This document shows, piece after piece, positions 48,040-59,106 of a stretch of 64,000 nt of DNA. The position numbers were made by a program, and so were the translations under genes. The notes beneath the pieces are model-generated. The model was given only the letters and a program-made list of their open reading frames with translations, was not told the origin of the DNA and did no database searches. This DNA comes from Bacteriovoracia bacterium (lineage in GTDB: Bacteria > Bdellovibrionota > UBA1018 > JBFWNL01), in assembly GCA_050251055.1 (NCBI GenBank), contig JBFWNL010000001.1, positions 651,825-715,824 on the forward strand, given 5' to 3'. Within the stretch, counting starts at the first letter, position 1. Every line of letters starts with the position of its first letter.

Positions 48040-49053
48040 ATGTCCAACACTAAACGCGCATTAATTACCGGAATTACTGGGCAAGATGGCTCATACCTGA
48101 CTGAACTACTCTTAGAAAAGGGGTACGAAGTTCACGGTCTCATCCGCCGCTCGAGCTCTTTTAATACGGGTCGTATCGACCACCTTTACCAAGATCCCCA
48201 CATCCACGGTACCCGGCTCTTCCTCCATTACGGCGACCTTTCCGATTCCACCGGATTGAACCGCGTACTCCGGAAAATCAAACCGAACGAGATCTACAAT
48301 CTCGGCGCCCAAAGCCATGTGAAAGTCAGCTTCGACGTTCCGGAATACACCGCCGACATCACTGGTACCGGTACGATCCGCCTGCTCGACGCGATCCTCG
48401 ATACCGGCATCGACACCAAGTTCTACCAAGCCTCTAGCTCCGAAATGTTCGGCAAAGTGATGGAAGTCCCCCAGAAGGAAACCACGCCCTTTTATCCGCG
48501 CAGTCCATACGGTTGTGCGAAGGTTTACTCTTATTGGATCACGGTGAACTACCGGGAAGCCTACAATATCCACGCTTCGAATGGGATTCTGTTCAACCAC
48601 GAGTCCCCGCGCCGCGGACAAACCTTCGTCACCCGTAAGATCACGCGCGCCTTGGGCGAGATTCTCGCGGGACGCCAAAAGGACCTCTACCTCGGCAATC
48701 TCGATGCCAAGCGCGACTGGGGTCACGCCAAGGACTACGTCGAAGCCATGTGGCTCATGCTCCAGGCTCCGCAGGGTGACGACTACGTGGTCGCCACCGG
48801 CGAAACGCATTCCGTCCGCGAATTCCTGGAGCTTGCCTTCGGATTCGTAGGGCTGGATTGGAACAAGCACGTGAAAATCGATCCGAAGTATTTCCGCCCG
48901 ACCGAAGTGGATCTCCTCATCGGAGACGCGACGAAAGCCAAGCAGAAGCTCGGCTGGAAACCGAAGATCTCCTTCCCCGAACTCGTGAAAGTGATGGTCG
49001 CCGAGGACGTTCGTAAAGCCGGGCTGGATCCACTCAAATACATGGTAAAATAG
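48040..49053 (+). CDS. gmd: GDP-mannose 4,6-dehydratase
   Basis: [25 protein letters not shown] and NHESPRRG. Confidence 0.97.
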   Translation: MSNTKRALITGITGQDGSYLTELLLEKGYEVHGLIRRSSSFNTGRIDHLYQDPHIHGTRLFLHYGDLSDSTGLNRVLRKIKPNEIYNLGAQSHVKVSFDVPEYTADITGTGTIRLLDAILDTGIDTKFYQASSSEMFGKVMEVPQKETTPFYPRSPYGCAKVYSYWITVNYREAYNIHASNGILFNHESPRRGQTFVTRKITRALGEILAGRQKDLYLGNLDAKRDWGHAKDYVEAMWLMLQAPQGDDYVVATGETHSVREFLELAFGFVGLDWNKHVKIDPKYFRPTEVDLLIGDATKAKQKLGWKPKISFPELVKVMVAEDVRKAGLDPLKYMVK

Positions 49054-49059
49054 CGGCTC

Positions 49060-50493
49060 ATGCTCAAGAACCGCGCCGAGCAAATCCATGTCCTGGTTCG
49101 CTCCATGGATGTCGTCCTTTGCGCGGCCGCTTTCGTCACCGCTTACTATTTGCGCGATGCCCGGATCTTCGACTTGGGGTTGGGTACGCTTCCCGCTATC
49201 GAATCACTCACGTGGATGCTCGGGGCAAGCGTAGTCATCCATTTCATCCTTTACCCCGCTTTTGGGTTTTACCAATCGCTAAGGCTCAAGCGTATTTCCG
49301 ATATCATCTTGATGGTGATGAAAGCGGCGCTCGCGGAAGTCGCGATTCTAGGGAGCCTCATTTTTATACTGCAGGCCAAGACCACGTCGCGTTACTTTTT
49401 TGTGCTTTTTCTTGGACTCAACTATGCATTCATCCTAGTTGAACGCCTCTCCGCGCGCATCGCGCTCTCCTCGGTGCGCCGGCGCGGATACAACTATAGA
49501 CGCGTGTTGATTGCCGGTACGGGTGTAAACGCCCGCCGCGTGATTGAGAGTCTGCATCGTAATCGGCACTGGGGTTATTTACCAAGCGGTCTACTACGTG
49601 AGCAAAGCTCACCGCTTCCGGAAGGACCGGGCTCTCTCGATGGCGTTCCGGTGGTAGGCACGGTCGCCGACTTGGAAAAACTCATCCATGAAATCGCCGT
49701 AGACGAAGTATACTTTGCGCTCGACCGTATCGACTCCGACGAAGTGAGCCGACAGGTTACCCTCTGTGAAACGCTCGGCATCCCGGCCCGCTTCTCGCTT
49801 GCGCTTTTTGATCTTCCCGCCTCGAAAGTCACGTTTTCCACGCTGGATCACTTACCCATCGTGACTTTCTACCGTAACCTAATGACCCCGTTCGAAGCGC
49901 TCATTAAGCGCTCCACAGATATCTTCATCTCGATCATTGGCCTCCTCATCACTGGCGCCGTCCTACCCTGGATCGCCTGGCGCATCCGTCGCGAAAGCCC
50001 GGGATCGGTCATCTTCAAGCAGGTCCGGGTCGGCGAAAACGGCCGGCGATTCAAATGCTACAAATTCCGCACGATGTATTTGGACGCCGAAGCACGCAAG
50101 CACGAACTCGCAGGGAAGAACCAAATGCAGGGTCCGATCTTTAAGATCGACAACGATCCGCGCATCACCCCGTTTGGGGCCTTTCTGCGTCGAACCTCGC
50201 TTGATGAGCTTCCTCAGTTCTTCAATATCCTGCGCGGGGATATGAGCGTGGTCGGCACGCGTCCGCCGACGCCCGATGAAGTAAGCCGCTATGAAACACA
50301 CTTCCGCCGGCGCCTCAGTATCCGGCCAGGCCTTACCGGACTTTGGCAGGTCAGCGGAAGGAATCAAATCACGCGTTTTGAAGATATCTTAGCCTTGGAT
50401 CTTCAGTATATCGATCGCTGGTCTATTTGGCTCGATTTTCAGATCATCGCGCGCACGATTTGGGTGACCCTCTTCGGTCGGGGAGCCTACTGA
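49060..50493 (+). CDS. Undecaprenyl-phosphate sugar phosphotransferase (WcaJ/CpsE-type priming enzyme)
   Basis: Four N-terminal TMs; YKFRTM, DPRITPFG, SLDELPQ and RPGLTGLWQVSGR. Confidence 0.93.
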   Translation: MLKNRAEQIHVLVRSMDVVLCAAAFVTAYYLRDARIFDLGLGTLPAIESLTWMLGASVVIHFILYPAFGFYQSLRLKRISDIILMVMKAALAEVAILGSLIFILQAKTTSRYFFVLFLGLNYAFILVERLSARIALSSVRRRGYNYRRVLIAGTGVNARRVIESLHRNRHWGYLPSGLLREQSSPLPEGPGSLDGVPVVGTVADLEKLIHEIAVDEVYFALDRIDSDEVSRQVTLCETLGIPARFSLALFDLPASKVTFSTLDHLPIVTFYRNLMTPFEALIKRSTDIFISIIGLLITGAVLPWIAWRIRRESPGSVIFKQVRVGENGRRFKCYKFRTMYLDAEARKHELAGKNQMQGPIFKIDNDPRITPFGAFLRRTSLDELPQFFNILRGDMSVVGTRPPTPDEVSRYETHFRRRLSIRPGLTGLWQVSGRNQITRFEDILALDLQYIDRWSIWLDFQIIARTIWVTLFGRGAY

Positions 50494-51270
50494 ATGGGTG
50501 CCGAGACCATGGCCAACCATACGCGGGTGATCGGCGTACGGATCTCGCGCCGCAGCCTTAGCGAAACCCTAGAAGCCGTACTTCGCCGCGTTTCGGAAAA
50601 ACGGGGTGGCTTTGCCTGCTTCGTGAACGTACATTTAGCAACAGAGTACCAAAGCAATCCCGCTCTCCGTTCAGCCCTCGATGAAGCGTGGTTGAATGCG
50701 GCCGACGGCGTACCCCTGAAATGGGTGTCGCGGCTCAAGGGGCAAGCCGTACGCAGTCGTGTCTGCGGTCCCGACTTTTTCCGTCTCTTTTTAGAGACTC
50801 AAAACGACTACGAAATGGCTTTTTTGGGCTCGACGCCGTCCGTGTTAAAGGCACTCGCGAGTCACTTCGGATTGTCTCACGTCCCTGCCTACAGTCCCCC
50901 AATCCGGGGCTTCTCGGTAGCCAACGCCAAAGAAGACTGGGAAGCATTGCTGGATCGATGCCCCGGCCGCCGCCCGCCCGCCGTGGTGTGGGTCGGCCTG
51001 GGCGCACCAAAGCAGGAACTCTGGATGCAGGCGGTGTCCCGTATCGCTCCCCAGACTCTTTTCTTCGGGGTCGGAGCCGCCTTTGACTTCTTGTCCGGCA
51101 ACAAACCACGCGCCCCGAAGTGGATGCAACGAGCCGGGCTGGAATGGCTCCATCGGCTGGGTAGCGAGCCCGGTCGCCTGTGGAGGCGCTACCTCACGAC
51201 GAATACACGCTTTGTTTGGCTAGCGACCCGCGATATTCTGGGGTCATGGCCACCCGGCCGATCAGGATGA
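50494..51270 (+). CDS. WecB/TagA/CpsF glycosyltransferase (GT26)
   Basis: ADGVP, RVCGPD, VGLGAPKQE, GVGAAFDF and GLEWLHRL. Confidence 0.93.
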   Translation: MGAETMANHTRVIGVRISRRSLSETLEAVLRRVSEKRGGFACFVNVHLATEYQSNPALRSALDEAWLNAADGVPLKWVSRLKGQAVRSRVCGPDFFRLFLETQNDYEMAFLGSTPSVLKALASHFGLSHVPAYSPPIRGFSVANAKEDWEALLDRCPGRRPPAVVWVGLGAPKQELWMQAVSRIAPQTLFFGVGAAFDFLSGNKPRAPKWMQRAGLEWLHRLGSEPGRLWRRYLTTNTRFVWLATRDILGSWPPGRSG

Positions 51271-52463
51271 AGGTACTCGTCGCCCACAACTCCTACCAAG
51301 TACCCGGCGGGGAAGATATTGCCGTCGAAAACGACCTCACGCTTTTGCGCTCCCAAGGTCATGAAGTGGATGCGTACTTTGTTTCGAATCTGTCGATCGG
51401 AACTCCCGGTAACAGCTCGGCAAGGGTCGCGCGGGAACTCACGCACTCCGCGCGGCAATACGCCCTAATTGTCGATCGTCTCGCGCAGTTTCGGCCCGAT
51501 GTCGTCCATGTCCACAACACTTTTCCATTGATCACGCCTGCGATCTACCTAGCTTGCGCCGACGCGGGGATACCCGTTGTGCAAACCCTGCACAACTATC
51601 GTCCGCTCTGCGCAAATGCACTCCTGCTACGTGATGGAAAACCCTGCGACCTTTGCGTAACCGCTTCCCCCTATATAGGAAGCTGGTTCGGCTGCTACCG
51701 AGGCTCGCGCTTAGCAACGCTTCCCGTCTCGCACCTGATTGCCCAGCAACGCCGCACGGACGGCTGGCGCCACATAAGGCGCTTCATCGCTCCATCTACG
51801 TTCGTGAAGCAAAAATTCATCGCCGGGGGATTCCCTGCCCATAAGATTACCGTAAAGCCGCATTACGTTCCCGATCCGTTTCCCAACTGGAGCTCGAGGC
51901 CAGACCCAGACTCTGCGGGACCGTCTTTCGTTTACGTAGGGCGGTTGAGCGCGGAGAAAGGCGTGACCCATTTGCTCGGTGCTTGGCGTGAACTTCCTCG
52001 GAATTTCCGTCTGAAAATGCTCGTTCGCCGACCCGCGAACCCGTCCGGTGAATTTACCGAATTCCTACGGGAGATCGAAGCGGCGCGCGGCGCGGGACTC
52101 GCCATTGAACTCGTCGAATCGGCGGATCGCACCGAACTCTTCCGGCAGATTCACGCGGCCGATTTTTCAATTCACCCGTCTCTTTGTTACGAAACATTTG
52201 GGCTGAGCGTGGCAGAATCTTTCGCTTCCGGCACGCCGACGATTGTTACCCGTCACGGCGCCTTGGCCGAGCTCGTGGCGGAGAATCAAACGGGTTTCTT
52301 GGTGCCGCCCCACGATGCTCCCACCTTGGCAAAGACGCTGCAACGGGCGGCCCAGGCGGACCGGGCAAAAATGTCGGCGGAGTCGCGCGCGTACTTCGAG
52401 GCGCATTTCACGCCAAAGCACCAGATCCAGGCCTTACTGGAGATTTATCGTGCCCCCCTCTAA
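51267..52463 (+). CDS. Glycosyltransferase family 4
   Basis: MKVLVAHNSYQVPGGE, HVHN, TLHNYR, VGRLSAEKG and YETFG. Confidence 0.92.
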   Translation: MKVLVAHNSYQVPGGEDIAVENDLTLLRSQGHEVDAYFVSNLSIGTPGNSSARVARELTHSARQYALIVDRLAQFRPDVVHVHNTFPLITPAIYLACADAGIPVVQTLHNYRPLCANALLLRDGKPCDLCVTASPYIGSWFGCYRGSRLATLPVSHLIAQQRRTDGWRHIRRFIAPSTFVKQKFIAGGFPAHKITVKPHYVPDPFPNWSSRPDPDSAGPSFVYVGRLSAEKGVTHLLGAWRELPRNFRLKMLVRRPANPSGEFTEFLREIEAARGAGLAIELVESADRTELFRQIHAADFSIHPSLCYETFGLSVAESFASGTPTIVTRHGALAELVAENQTGFLVPPHDAPTLAKTLQRAAQADRAKMSAESRAYFEAHFTPKHQIQALLEIYRAPL

Positions 52464-54103
52464 CGGGGAGTTACCCGCCAGATCGACCAAAGACCCCATT
52501 CCTCTTTCGTCAAATAGGCGGAAAGGTATGGTGTACAGGGACGGGGACTATCCCAACAACGCTCGCCCTCCTGGGGAATTTGCACCAACAAGCCACTCGC
52601 GGTAGGCGCGGTCATCAAGGCGGGCGTCTCAAGTCTGGGATGGTTTTGGAATAAATCGGAGACATTTAGGTTCCGGGCGTTGTACCCGACTAGGCCGACA
52701 AAGCAGGTGGCCGGTAGCGCGAGCGCCCAACGAAGACGGACTAGGTAAACGAGGGGCTCGCGTACCCAGAACGCCCAGCCCCAGATGAAGACAAGAACAC
52801 CCATCAAAACGAGCGGAGCTAGTCCAAACCGGACATCCGGGCCCTTCAGGAACCAAAAACCCAACCCGAAAACATTCGCTGCCAACCCCCTGCCCAGTGC
52901 GCGGCTATCTAATCCACGGCTAGAACGCCTAAAAAACCGGGCGGCGCTGGCGAGCGCGAGGCCCGCGGCCAGATAGGCCGCTACCGCCCAGATGAGACGC
53001 TGTTCAAGAAATGTTCGCCACCACTTCGGCAGCCAGCCCCACCCGACCAACGCGTCGGAAATCGGCGCTCCTGGCGCCTTGGCCCAGGCTTCAATCACCC
53101 TCTGCATTTCGCTGACAGCATCGATGGGTACGCTCCATGAAAACGAGCTGATACAGCTCGCCGGGAGCGGATAGACAGCACAGCCCGATTGCAGAAAGCC
53201 TCGCAAACACCAAAATACCCCCGCGGCGATTAAGATCAGTAACCACTTCCGATGAGTGAGGGTGTCCCGAAGAGCTCCCGCGATCAGGGGGAAGAGGACG
53301 ATCGGTAGCGCCGAGACCTTCACGAAAATCGCCAAAACGGCTAAACGAAGGCTGGCGAGTGCCAAACCTGGCCCACCGCTCTCCAGCGCACGTAACGCTT
53401 GGAGTACACAGTAAAAGGATGTCGCCACCGCGGGAAAATCATTCGATGGCCCTGCCAGTAGGCCGATCATCAATCCTCGGCTGAGGGAAAGCATCAGTAA
53501 AATAGAAAACGCATAAAGGCGAGAAACACCACGATGGGGATCGTTCCGCCCCCCCACTACACCTTCGAGCAAGCCTACCACCAAACAAAACGCAATCAGC
53601 GCATTCGCGGAGAATACTGGGGCTAGTCCCAATCCAGGGAGACCAAGCGACGCCGCCCAGGGAAACCAAAGGGAGTTAAAACCGAAGCGCCCGTGCAAGT
53701 TAGCCAATCCCCAGGCAACGGGGCCGTCGCCGCTCCAAAGAACCGCCTGTAGATGGTACAACCCAGTGTCGTAAGAAACCGGCGAAGCGACCACCGACAA
53801 CGACAAGGCGACAGCGATCAAAAGTCCAACGACGTAAGTGGCCAATCGGTTCGCGCCGATCCGGGTCCAAGCCCGATAGCGCACGCAAAAAAGCCATCCC
53901 GCGATGAGCATGATCATGCAGTAGAGCGGAGAAATCGCGGCGAAAAAATTCCAAACCGTGGCTGCAATAACTAATCCGAATATGCCGTCGAAAGCCGGAC
54001 GAGCAACGCCGTCCCCCGCCAGAGTACCGGGTGCGCGCATTCGTCGCTCAAGCCAGATCCCCCAACCTACGAGGGCGGGAAACCAGGCCAGTAGAGTGAT
54101 CAA
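52460..54103 (-). CDS. Multi-TM membrane protein (LIC_10190-like, probably GT-C)
   Basis: YDTGLYHLQ, GLANLHGRFGFNS, SGCAVYP, PDVRFG and CWDSPRPCTP. Confidence 0.7.
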   Translation of the reverse strand: MITLLAWFPALVGWGIWLERRMRAPGTLAGDGVARPAFDGIFGLVIAATVWNFFAAISPLYCMIMLIAGWLFCVRYRAWTRIGANRLATYVVGLLIAVALSLSVVASPVSYDTGLYHLQAVLWSGDGPVAWGLANLHGRFGFNSLWFPWAASLGLPGLGLAPVFSANALIAFCLVVGLLEGVVGGRNDPHRGVSRLYAFSILLMLSLSRGLMIGLLAGPSNDFPAVATSFYCVLQALRALESGGPGLALASLRLAVLAIFVKVSALPIVLFPLIAGALRDTLTHRKWLLILIAAGVFWCLRGFLQSGCAVYPLPASCISSFSWSVPIDAVSEMQRVIEAWAKAPGAPISDALVGWGWLPKWWRTFLEQRLIWAVAAYLAAGLALASAARFFRRSSRGLDSRALGRGLAANVFGLGFWFLKGPDVRFGLAPLVLMGVLVFIWGWAFWVREPLVYLVRLRWALALPATCFVGLVGYNARNLNVSDLFQNHPRLETPALMTAPTASGLLVQIPQEGERCWDSPRPCTPYLSAYLTKEEWGLWSIWRVTPR

Positions 54104-54126
54104 GACGCTGAAGATAAGGCCCCCTC

Positions 54127-56157
54127 TTATTTATCTAGAAAGGCGACGAACGCCGGCGGCACCAACAGGGCACAATCGTGAGTCAACTCCAACCCGCGAT
54201 AAGTTACGACTTGCGATGCGTCGCGAGCCTGAACGAGATCTGGAAAACGTTTCGCGGAAGGACCGCAAGCGTCGCCAACCGCGACTTCGTTCTCCCAGAA
54301 CAGCACGACCTTGAGATCGGCCCGCATCCGCACCGCTAGTTTTTCGCCGCGAATTCCGTCGGCTCTCAAGGCATTCACATCGATGAAGTTCGCTTCTTTC
54401 AGGGACGGAGGCACCTTGCTCAGACGTCGCCCTAGCCGTTTGGCCAGCAACGGAAAGCCTTCCGCCAACACGCCGATGTTTCGGTGATCGACACTGACAT
54501 TGCGTAGAAGAAACTGGGCATCCCGCCGGACCCGGTGGAAATCCCGTGCCTTGCGGGCGCCGATGTTCTTTAGGGCAGCGTTTTCACCATAGAGGTTCTC
54601 CATGGCCTCCTTATAGACGCCCATCCAACCACCATAAACGTTGTCGAACCAGTAGTGATCCTGCCAGCCATAGTACTGAAGATAGTCGTCCGCCCGTCCG
54701 CGTGTCCCGCATGCGTGCGCCCCGACGATCAAGGACAGGACTGCCAACGCCCAGGAGAGACTCACCGGCCAGGTGAACTGCGTGGCCGCGGGTCGCCGCG
54801 CCGGCCAAGCTAGCGCGAGTAAGCAGAACCCAACCACGAGTGGAAAGGGCTCCAGCCAGACTAAATCTTGCATTCGGTCCGTGCGAGTTCCGAAAGCGGT
54901 GTTTAAAACGACCAATCCCTCGAGACCTAGCGCCAGCGCCACCCGTCCCCGTTCTCGCACTCGTCGCGAAGCCAGGAAAACAAAGAATGCGGCCAAGTTG
55001 GCGCCAAAAATCCACGGGTACAGCGCGACCTGATCTACGAGGGTGCTCCAGAATCCCTCCCACGTACGGATTTGAACCGACGCCGGGATCCGCACAAAGA
55101 GCATCTTGAAGTCATAAAGAAAGTATTTTGCCCCCATGCGCGGGGAAAGGTAGACAAAAAAGTGGAGCGCGAATGAAGCAAAAACCCCGCTCATGACGAG
55201 GGTGATCGAGCGAACCATTCCTTCCCAAGGGCGATATGCGCGCCAACGTGGGCCAAGATAAACGGCAAGCGCTAAACCGACCAAGAGCAAGGCCATCGCT
55301 TTAGCGAAGAGATTTATCTTGAAGGACTCATGAAATGTCCCGAGATCAAACGGAATCGGGACCCGATAGGCGACGAACAAACAAACCAAGAAGAATCCCA
55401 AATTCCCGGCAGCGAGCCAACGCCACATCTGGCGCCCGAACCGATGGCGTTCCGGGATTTGAACCAACTCCGCCATCGTAACCCGATTAAACTGGGCGAA
55501 CACGAAAAGCATCAAGGGTACGGCCGCCAAGATGAAGATGGGCTGGATTTTGGTCAAGAACGCCAGTCCCAACGCGACTCCGCCCAAAAAAACACCGCCC
55601 AATCGCCCAACGGGGCGCGCCGCGCGTACGGCGCAGGCCAGTGCGAACCAGCCAGCGGCGAGAAACAGCATCCCATAGATTTCGGAGCGGACCAACGTCG
55701 CGTGAAAGAGGCCGCCCTCGAGTAAGCCAAAGAGCAGGAGCAGCCACACCCGCGCCCCGCCGGTGAGTCGAAAGGCGCGGACGACCGCGGCCCACATGAA
55801 AAACACCGTAGCGAGCGCAACTGCAGGCGAAAGCTTGCGGATAAAGTCGGTGTGCTCCGCCATCGCCGCCATGGGATTGAGAGCGACCTTGAGATCGGGA
55901 TAGTCAAATACGGAGAGTTCGCCCCAAAGCTGCACGAAACGCTGGGCCCACGCCACAAGGAAATATAGGCCAAAGCTTGGATGATTTAAGTGCACCGGGG
56001 TCTGGCCACTTTGAATGATGAGAGTGTCGATGGAAACCGTGAGATCCATGTCCCACGCGAAATAATACGGATAACTCGCGTAAAGCCGAAAGTAGACGAA
56101 GTACAAGCTAACGGCGACCAGGCCGAGGACTACATTCTCCCAGGCGCGTTTGGTCAT
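54127..56157 (-). CDS. Multi-TM membrane protein, GT-C-like
   Basis: WDMD...NHP in the first external loop, LAFLTK and a C-terminal soluble domain. Confidence 0.65.
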   Translation of the reverse strand: MTKRAWENVVLGLVAVSLYFVYFRLYASYPYYFAWDMDLTVSIDTLIIQSGQTPVHLNHPSFGLYFLVAWAQRFVQLWGELSVFDYPDLKVALNPMAAMAEHTDFIRKLSPAVALATVFFMWAAVVRAFRLTGGARVWLLLLFGLLEGGLFHATLVRSEIYGMLFLAAGWFALACAVRAARPVGRLGGVFLGGVALGLAFLTKIQPIFILAAVPLMLFVFAQFNRVTMAELVQIPERHRFGRQMWRWLAAGNLGFFLVCLFVAYRVPIPFDLGTFHESFKINLFAKAMALLLVGLALAVYLGPRWRAYRPWEGMVRSITLVMSGVFASFALHFFVYLSPRMGAKYFLYDFKMLFVRIPASVQIRTWEGFWSTLVDQVALYPWIFGANLAAFFVFLASRRVRERGRVALALGLEGLVVLNTAFGTRTDRMQDLVWLEPFPLVVGFCLLALAWPARRPAATQFTWPVSLSWALAVLSLIVGAHACGTRGRADDYLQYYGWQDHYWFDNVYGGWMGVYKEAMENLYGENAALKNIGARKARDFHRVRRDAQFLLRNVSVDHRNIGVLAEGFPLLAKRLGRRLSKVPPSLKEANFIDVNALRADGIRGEKLAVRMRADLKVVLFWENEVAVGDACGPSAKRFPDLVQARDASQVVTYRGLELTHDCALLVPPAFVAFLDK

Positions 56158-56954
56158 GCGGCGACGCCAGCGCTTGGTCGAAAAAATTCGCGATAAACCG
56201 CGTAAATCATGCCAATGCAGAGCCCCAGTAAGGCACCCAAGCCGGCGAAATAGGGGTAGCGAGGGCTCACCGGTCGGTCGCTCAACGAAGGCGGATCCAC
56301 CACCTCGGACGCTTTCACTCCCACCCCATTCATCATCATTTCGGTCGAGAAGCGTGCACGCTCGAGCTTGGCGATCTCCGCCAGCAGTGTCCCTTTGTGC
56401 ATTGCGATCGCGGCCCCGAGCGCGGCATCGCGTCCGGAGGCGCTATCCAATCGCTTGTCGAGATTCTCCACCAACGCGCGCTGTTTCGCGACGTCTTGAC
56501 GAAGGGTATCGATATAGCTTTGATAAGCATTAGTGAATGCGTCGTACCGTTTTTGGTGGGCAGCCAACAATTTCTTCACGGCTTGTTCCACGGCATCCTT
56601 TGCCGCTTGCGGGTTGGCGGCCTTACCAATCAAGGTAATAAAGGAATCAGCGGAACGGGCGTCGAGCCTCACCCCTCCGCTACCTTCCGTCGAAGCTGTC
56701 CGCACGCGCTCGATAGCGAGGGCCATGGGTTCGATGGGATAAGGTACCATGCGTTCGGTCACCTGCTCCATTGCTCCGACCTTGCCGATTTCAATCACGG
56801 CTTTGCTGGCGTAAAGCGTCGGGCGGGTCAGCGCGGTCACGACCCCTACGACCGCGCCGACCGCGGCAAAAACCGCGATGGTTTTCCACTGCTTGCACAG
56901 TACGTTGCCCAACTCCATAAAGCCGATTTCTTGAGTAACTGCTCGCGTGTTCAT
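56154..56954 (-). CDS. Wzz-like polysaccharide chain-length determinant
   Basis: Two TMs flanking a coiled coil; PTLYAS and PPSLSDRPVSP. Confidence 0.8.
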   Translation of the reverse strand: MNTRAVTQEIGFMELGNVLCKQWKTIAVFAAVGAVVGVVTALTRPTLYASKAVIEIGKVGAMEQVTERMVPYPIEPMALAIERVRTASTEGSGGVRLDARSADSFITLIGKAANPQAAKDAVEQAVKKLLAAHQKRYDAFTNAYQSYIDTLRQDVAKQRALVENLDKRLDSASGRDAALGAAIAMHKGTLLAEIAKLERARFSTEMMMNGVGVKASEVVDPPSLSDRPVSPRYPYFAGLGALLGLCIGMIYAVYREFFRPSAGVAA

Positions 56955-56990
56955 GTGATTCGAATTATATAACTCGTCGAAAAAAGTCCA

Positions 56991-58274
56991 CTAAACAGTG
57001 TGCCCCCTATAACTGAAAATCAAGCTAATCAGCAGGACCACCGGCAACATAAAAGAAGGATATTCGAGCCAGTTGTCCGAAAGGCACAAGACGGGCACCA
57101 AGACCAGGAGACCAAACCCGACGAAGCGTAGTGCTTCGGATGCGACAACTTGAGAAAGCCGCATGCCTAGCGCCAGAGCCGCTAGGACCACTATTAACAG
57201 ACCCACCAATCCCAACTCCATGACCCACGATTGCACAGATTGAAAGGGCTGCTGCAAGACCCCATCCTGATAGGGGATGCTGCGGCTGATACGGTTCCAA
57301 AGCGGGTAGATGTTCTCGTAAGTGGCCTCGCTCATCGACACCGGCAGGTCACCCGCCTGATCGGAAAGGTATTCGCCGGTAAGAATCATCGCCGCCCGAC
57401 TGGAATACTGCCCCAAACCCGCACCGAAGATCATCTGTGTACCGTGCTCCGACAGATAGTTCCAGCTACGTTGCACGGCTCGCGCCTTGCCGAGCCGCAG
57501 CTCTTCTCCCGACACTAACGCTCCGAACGTCACGCGCAGCGTTTTCTCCAGGTACTCGAGATTATCGCGCTGAGTGTATCCGAAAACCAGGAAACCCAAG
57601 ATCCCGGCCACCACCACCACCCCGCGCAGCCGCCACATGCGACCCAAGGGGGACCAAAGGACGATAACGCCCACCGCCGCGAAAAACAGCACGCTGACGA
57701 AAATCGCCGAACCATAAATCGCGCCCAGGACCGATGCCACCACTCCCGGCAGCACGTAAAAAGCGCGAAAGCCAAAACCGTAGGCGCACATCAAGACAAA
57801 GGCTTGCAGCCAGAGCTTCACCACCAGCAGATGGGAGTGCGTAAGCAACGTTCCCACCACAGCGTCGCCATCACCGCCGTATCGGAAGATAAAAGTCCCC
57901 TGCATAAGGTAGAGCTGGGCTAAACCGAGCATGAATTCAAAAATCGACGTGAACGCGAGCGCGGCTACCATGACGTGGAACAATCGTTCCGGGTTTCGCC
58001 AGCGCCAACCCAATAGAGCGAGCGAACCATACGTGAGAAGTCCAAGCGCGAAGTTGAGCGGCAGGAAATCCTCGGCATGCCAAAGCGCCCCCAGTAGGAT
58101 CAACGCAATAAAAGCGAAATTCACCAACCACCCGTAACGACCCCACCGCAACCGCCCGCTCAGTAGGCCATAGAAAAGCACGACGAGCGGCAAACCGTAA
58201 ACCACGCCCTGAAGCGCGCCCTTCACTGGAAACCAGCTGACTAATATAAGCGATAAGAAAAGCAGGGTTTCCAT
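56991..58274 (-). CDS. Wzy-like polysaccharide polymerase
   Basis: Start METLLF at 58274 (TGATG overlap); about 10 TMs; FGAGLGQY and ELGLVG. Confidence 0.65.
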   Translation of the reverse strand: METLLFLSLILVSWFPVKGALQGVVYGLPLVVLFYGLLSGRLRWGRYGWLVNFAFIALILLGALWHAEDFLPLNFALGLLTYGSLALLGWRWRNPERLFHVMVAALAFTSIFEFMLGLAQLYLMQGTFIFRYGGDGDAVVGTLLTHSHLLVVKLWLQAFVLMCAYGFGFRAFYVLPGVVASVLGAIYGSAIFVSVLFFAAVGVIVLWSPLGRMWRLRGVVVVAGILGFLVFGYTQRDNLEYLEKTLRVTFGALVSGEELRLGKARAVQRSWNYLSEHGTQMIFGAGLGQYSSRAAMILTGEYLSDQAGDLPVSMSEATYENIYPLWNRISRSIPYQDGVLQQPFQSVQSWVMELGLVGLLIVVLAALALGMRLSQVVASEALRFVGFGLLVLVPVLCLSDNWLEYPSFMLPVVLLISLIFSYRGHTV

Positions 58275-59095
58275 CAGCCGCGCTTCCACCAAATCCAGAT
58301 CGGCTGCAGTAGCCGGTTGAGCGGCGAAGCCTTCACGCGCTTGAGTAGGCGCAGCTCGGCGACTTTGGCCGCCCACTCCCCTTCGTTTCGCCAGCGCTGA
58401 ACGGGGTTGAGTTTCGGCGCGAGTAACTCCCGCGAGATCTCGCGAAACTCCGCCATCGACTGTCCCCAACGGACATCGGAGACGCCGCCGGCGTCCACCC
58501 GCGCCAGGCACTCCGTGCGCATGCGCGCACGCGCGCCGCCCACGTACGCCCGTACCAAGTGCTCGTAATCGCCCGCGATCGGATAGCGATCGGAGTAAGC
58601 GCCCATGCGAGCGAACAACTCTCGTCGATAAATCACCGCCTGGTGGCATACCCGATTGTAGCCCAGCAGGTTACCCAGGAAGCTCCCGCGAGGGCGCGTG
58701 GCGTAGCGTAACCGCCCTCCCTGCCAGCGCTCGGCCGCGCCGATCACCAGGTCGAGCTTCGCGTCGCGCGCGAACTCCCCCAGGAAGTCGAGCGCTACCC
58801 GCGCGTCGGCCGCGCGGTCGCCCCCGTTCAAAAACCAAAGCTGGTCCCCTTCGGCCTCCGCGATGCCGTCGTTCATGGCGGTATAGACGCCGCGAGCCTC
58901 GCGCACCACGTGCTTAAGCGGCCAATTCTTCAACCCCGCGATCACCCCGGCGTTCACGGCGGGTGAACCGTCGACGATCACGTGCTGCCAACGTCGACCG
59001 CGTCCGGCGCACGTAGCCGCGAACGGCTCGAGCGACGCGCAGGTAGCGGCCAGGGCATTCGGATCATTATATGTGATAGTGATGATCGAAAGCAT
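58274..59095 (-). CDS. Glycosyltransferase family 2 (WcaE/WfgS-like)
   Basis: SIITITYN, IVDG, GVYTAMNDG, FLNGGD, CHQA and GDYE. Confidence 0.9.
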   Translation of the reverse strand: MLSIITITYNDPNALAATCASLEPFAATCAGRGRRWQHVIVDGSPAVNAGVIAGLKNWPLKHVVREARGVYTAMNDGIAEAEGDQLWFLNGGDRAADARVALDFLGEFARDAKLDLVIGAAERWQGGRLRYATRPRGSFLGNLLGYNRVCHQAVIYRRELFARMGAYSDRYPIAGDYEHLVRAYVGGARARMRTECLARVDAGGVSDVRWGQSMAEFREISRELLAPKLNPVQRWRNEGEWAAKVAELRLLKRVKASPLNRLLQPIWIWWKRG

Positions 59096-59106
59096 TGCGC
59101 AAACCT

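Noticed and set aside
58275-58649. N-terminal extension of the Wzy-like ORF
   Set aside because: It overlaps the GT2 gene; the real start is the TGATG-coupled ATG at 58274.
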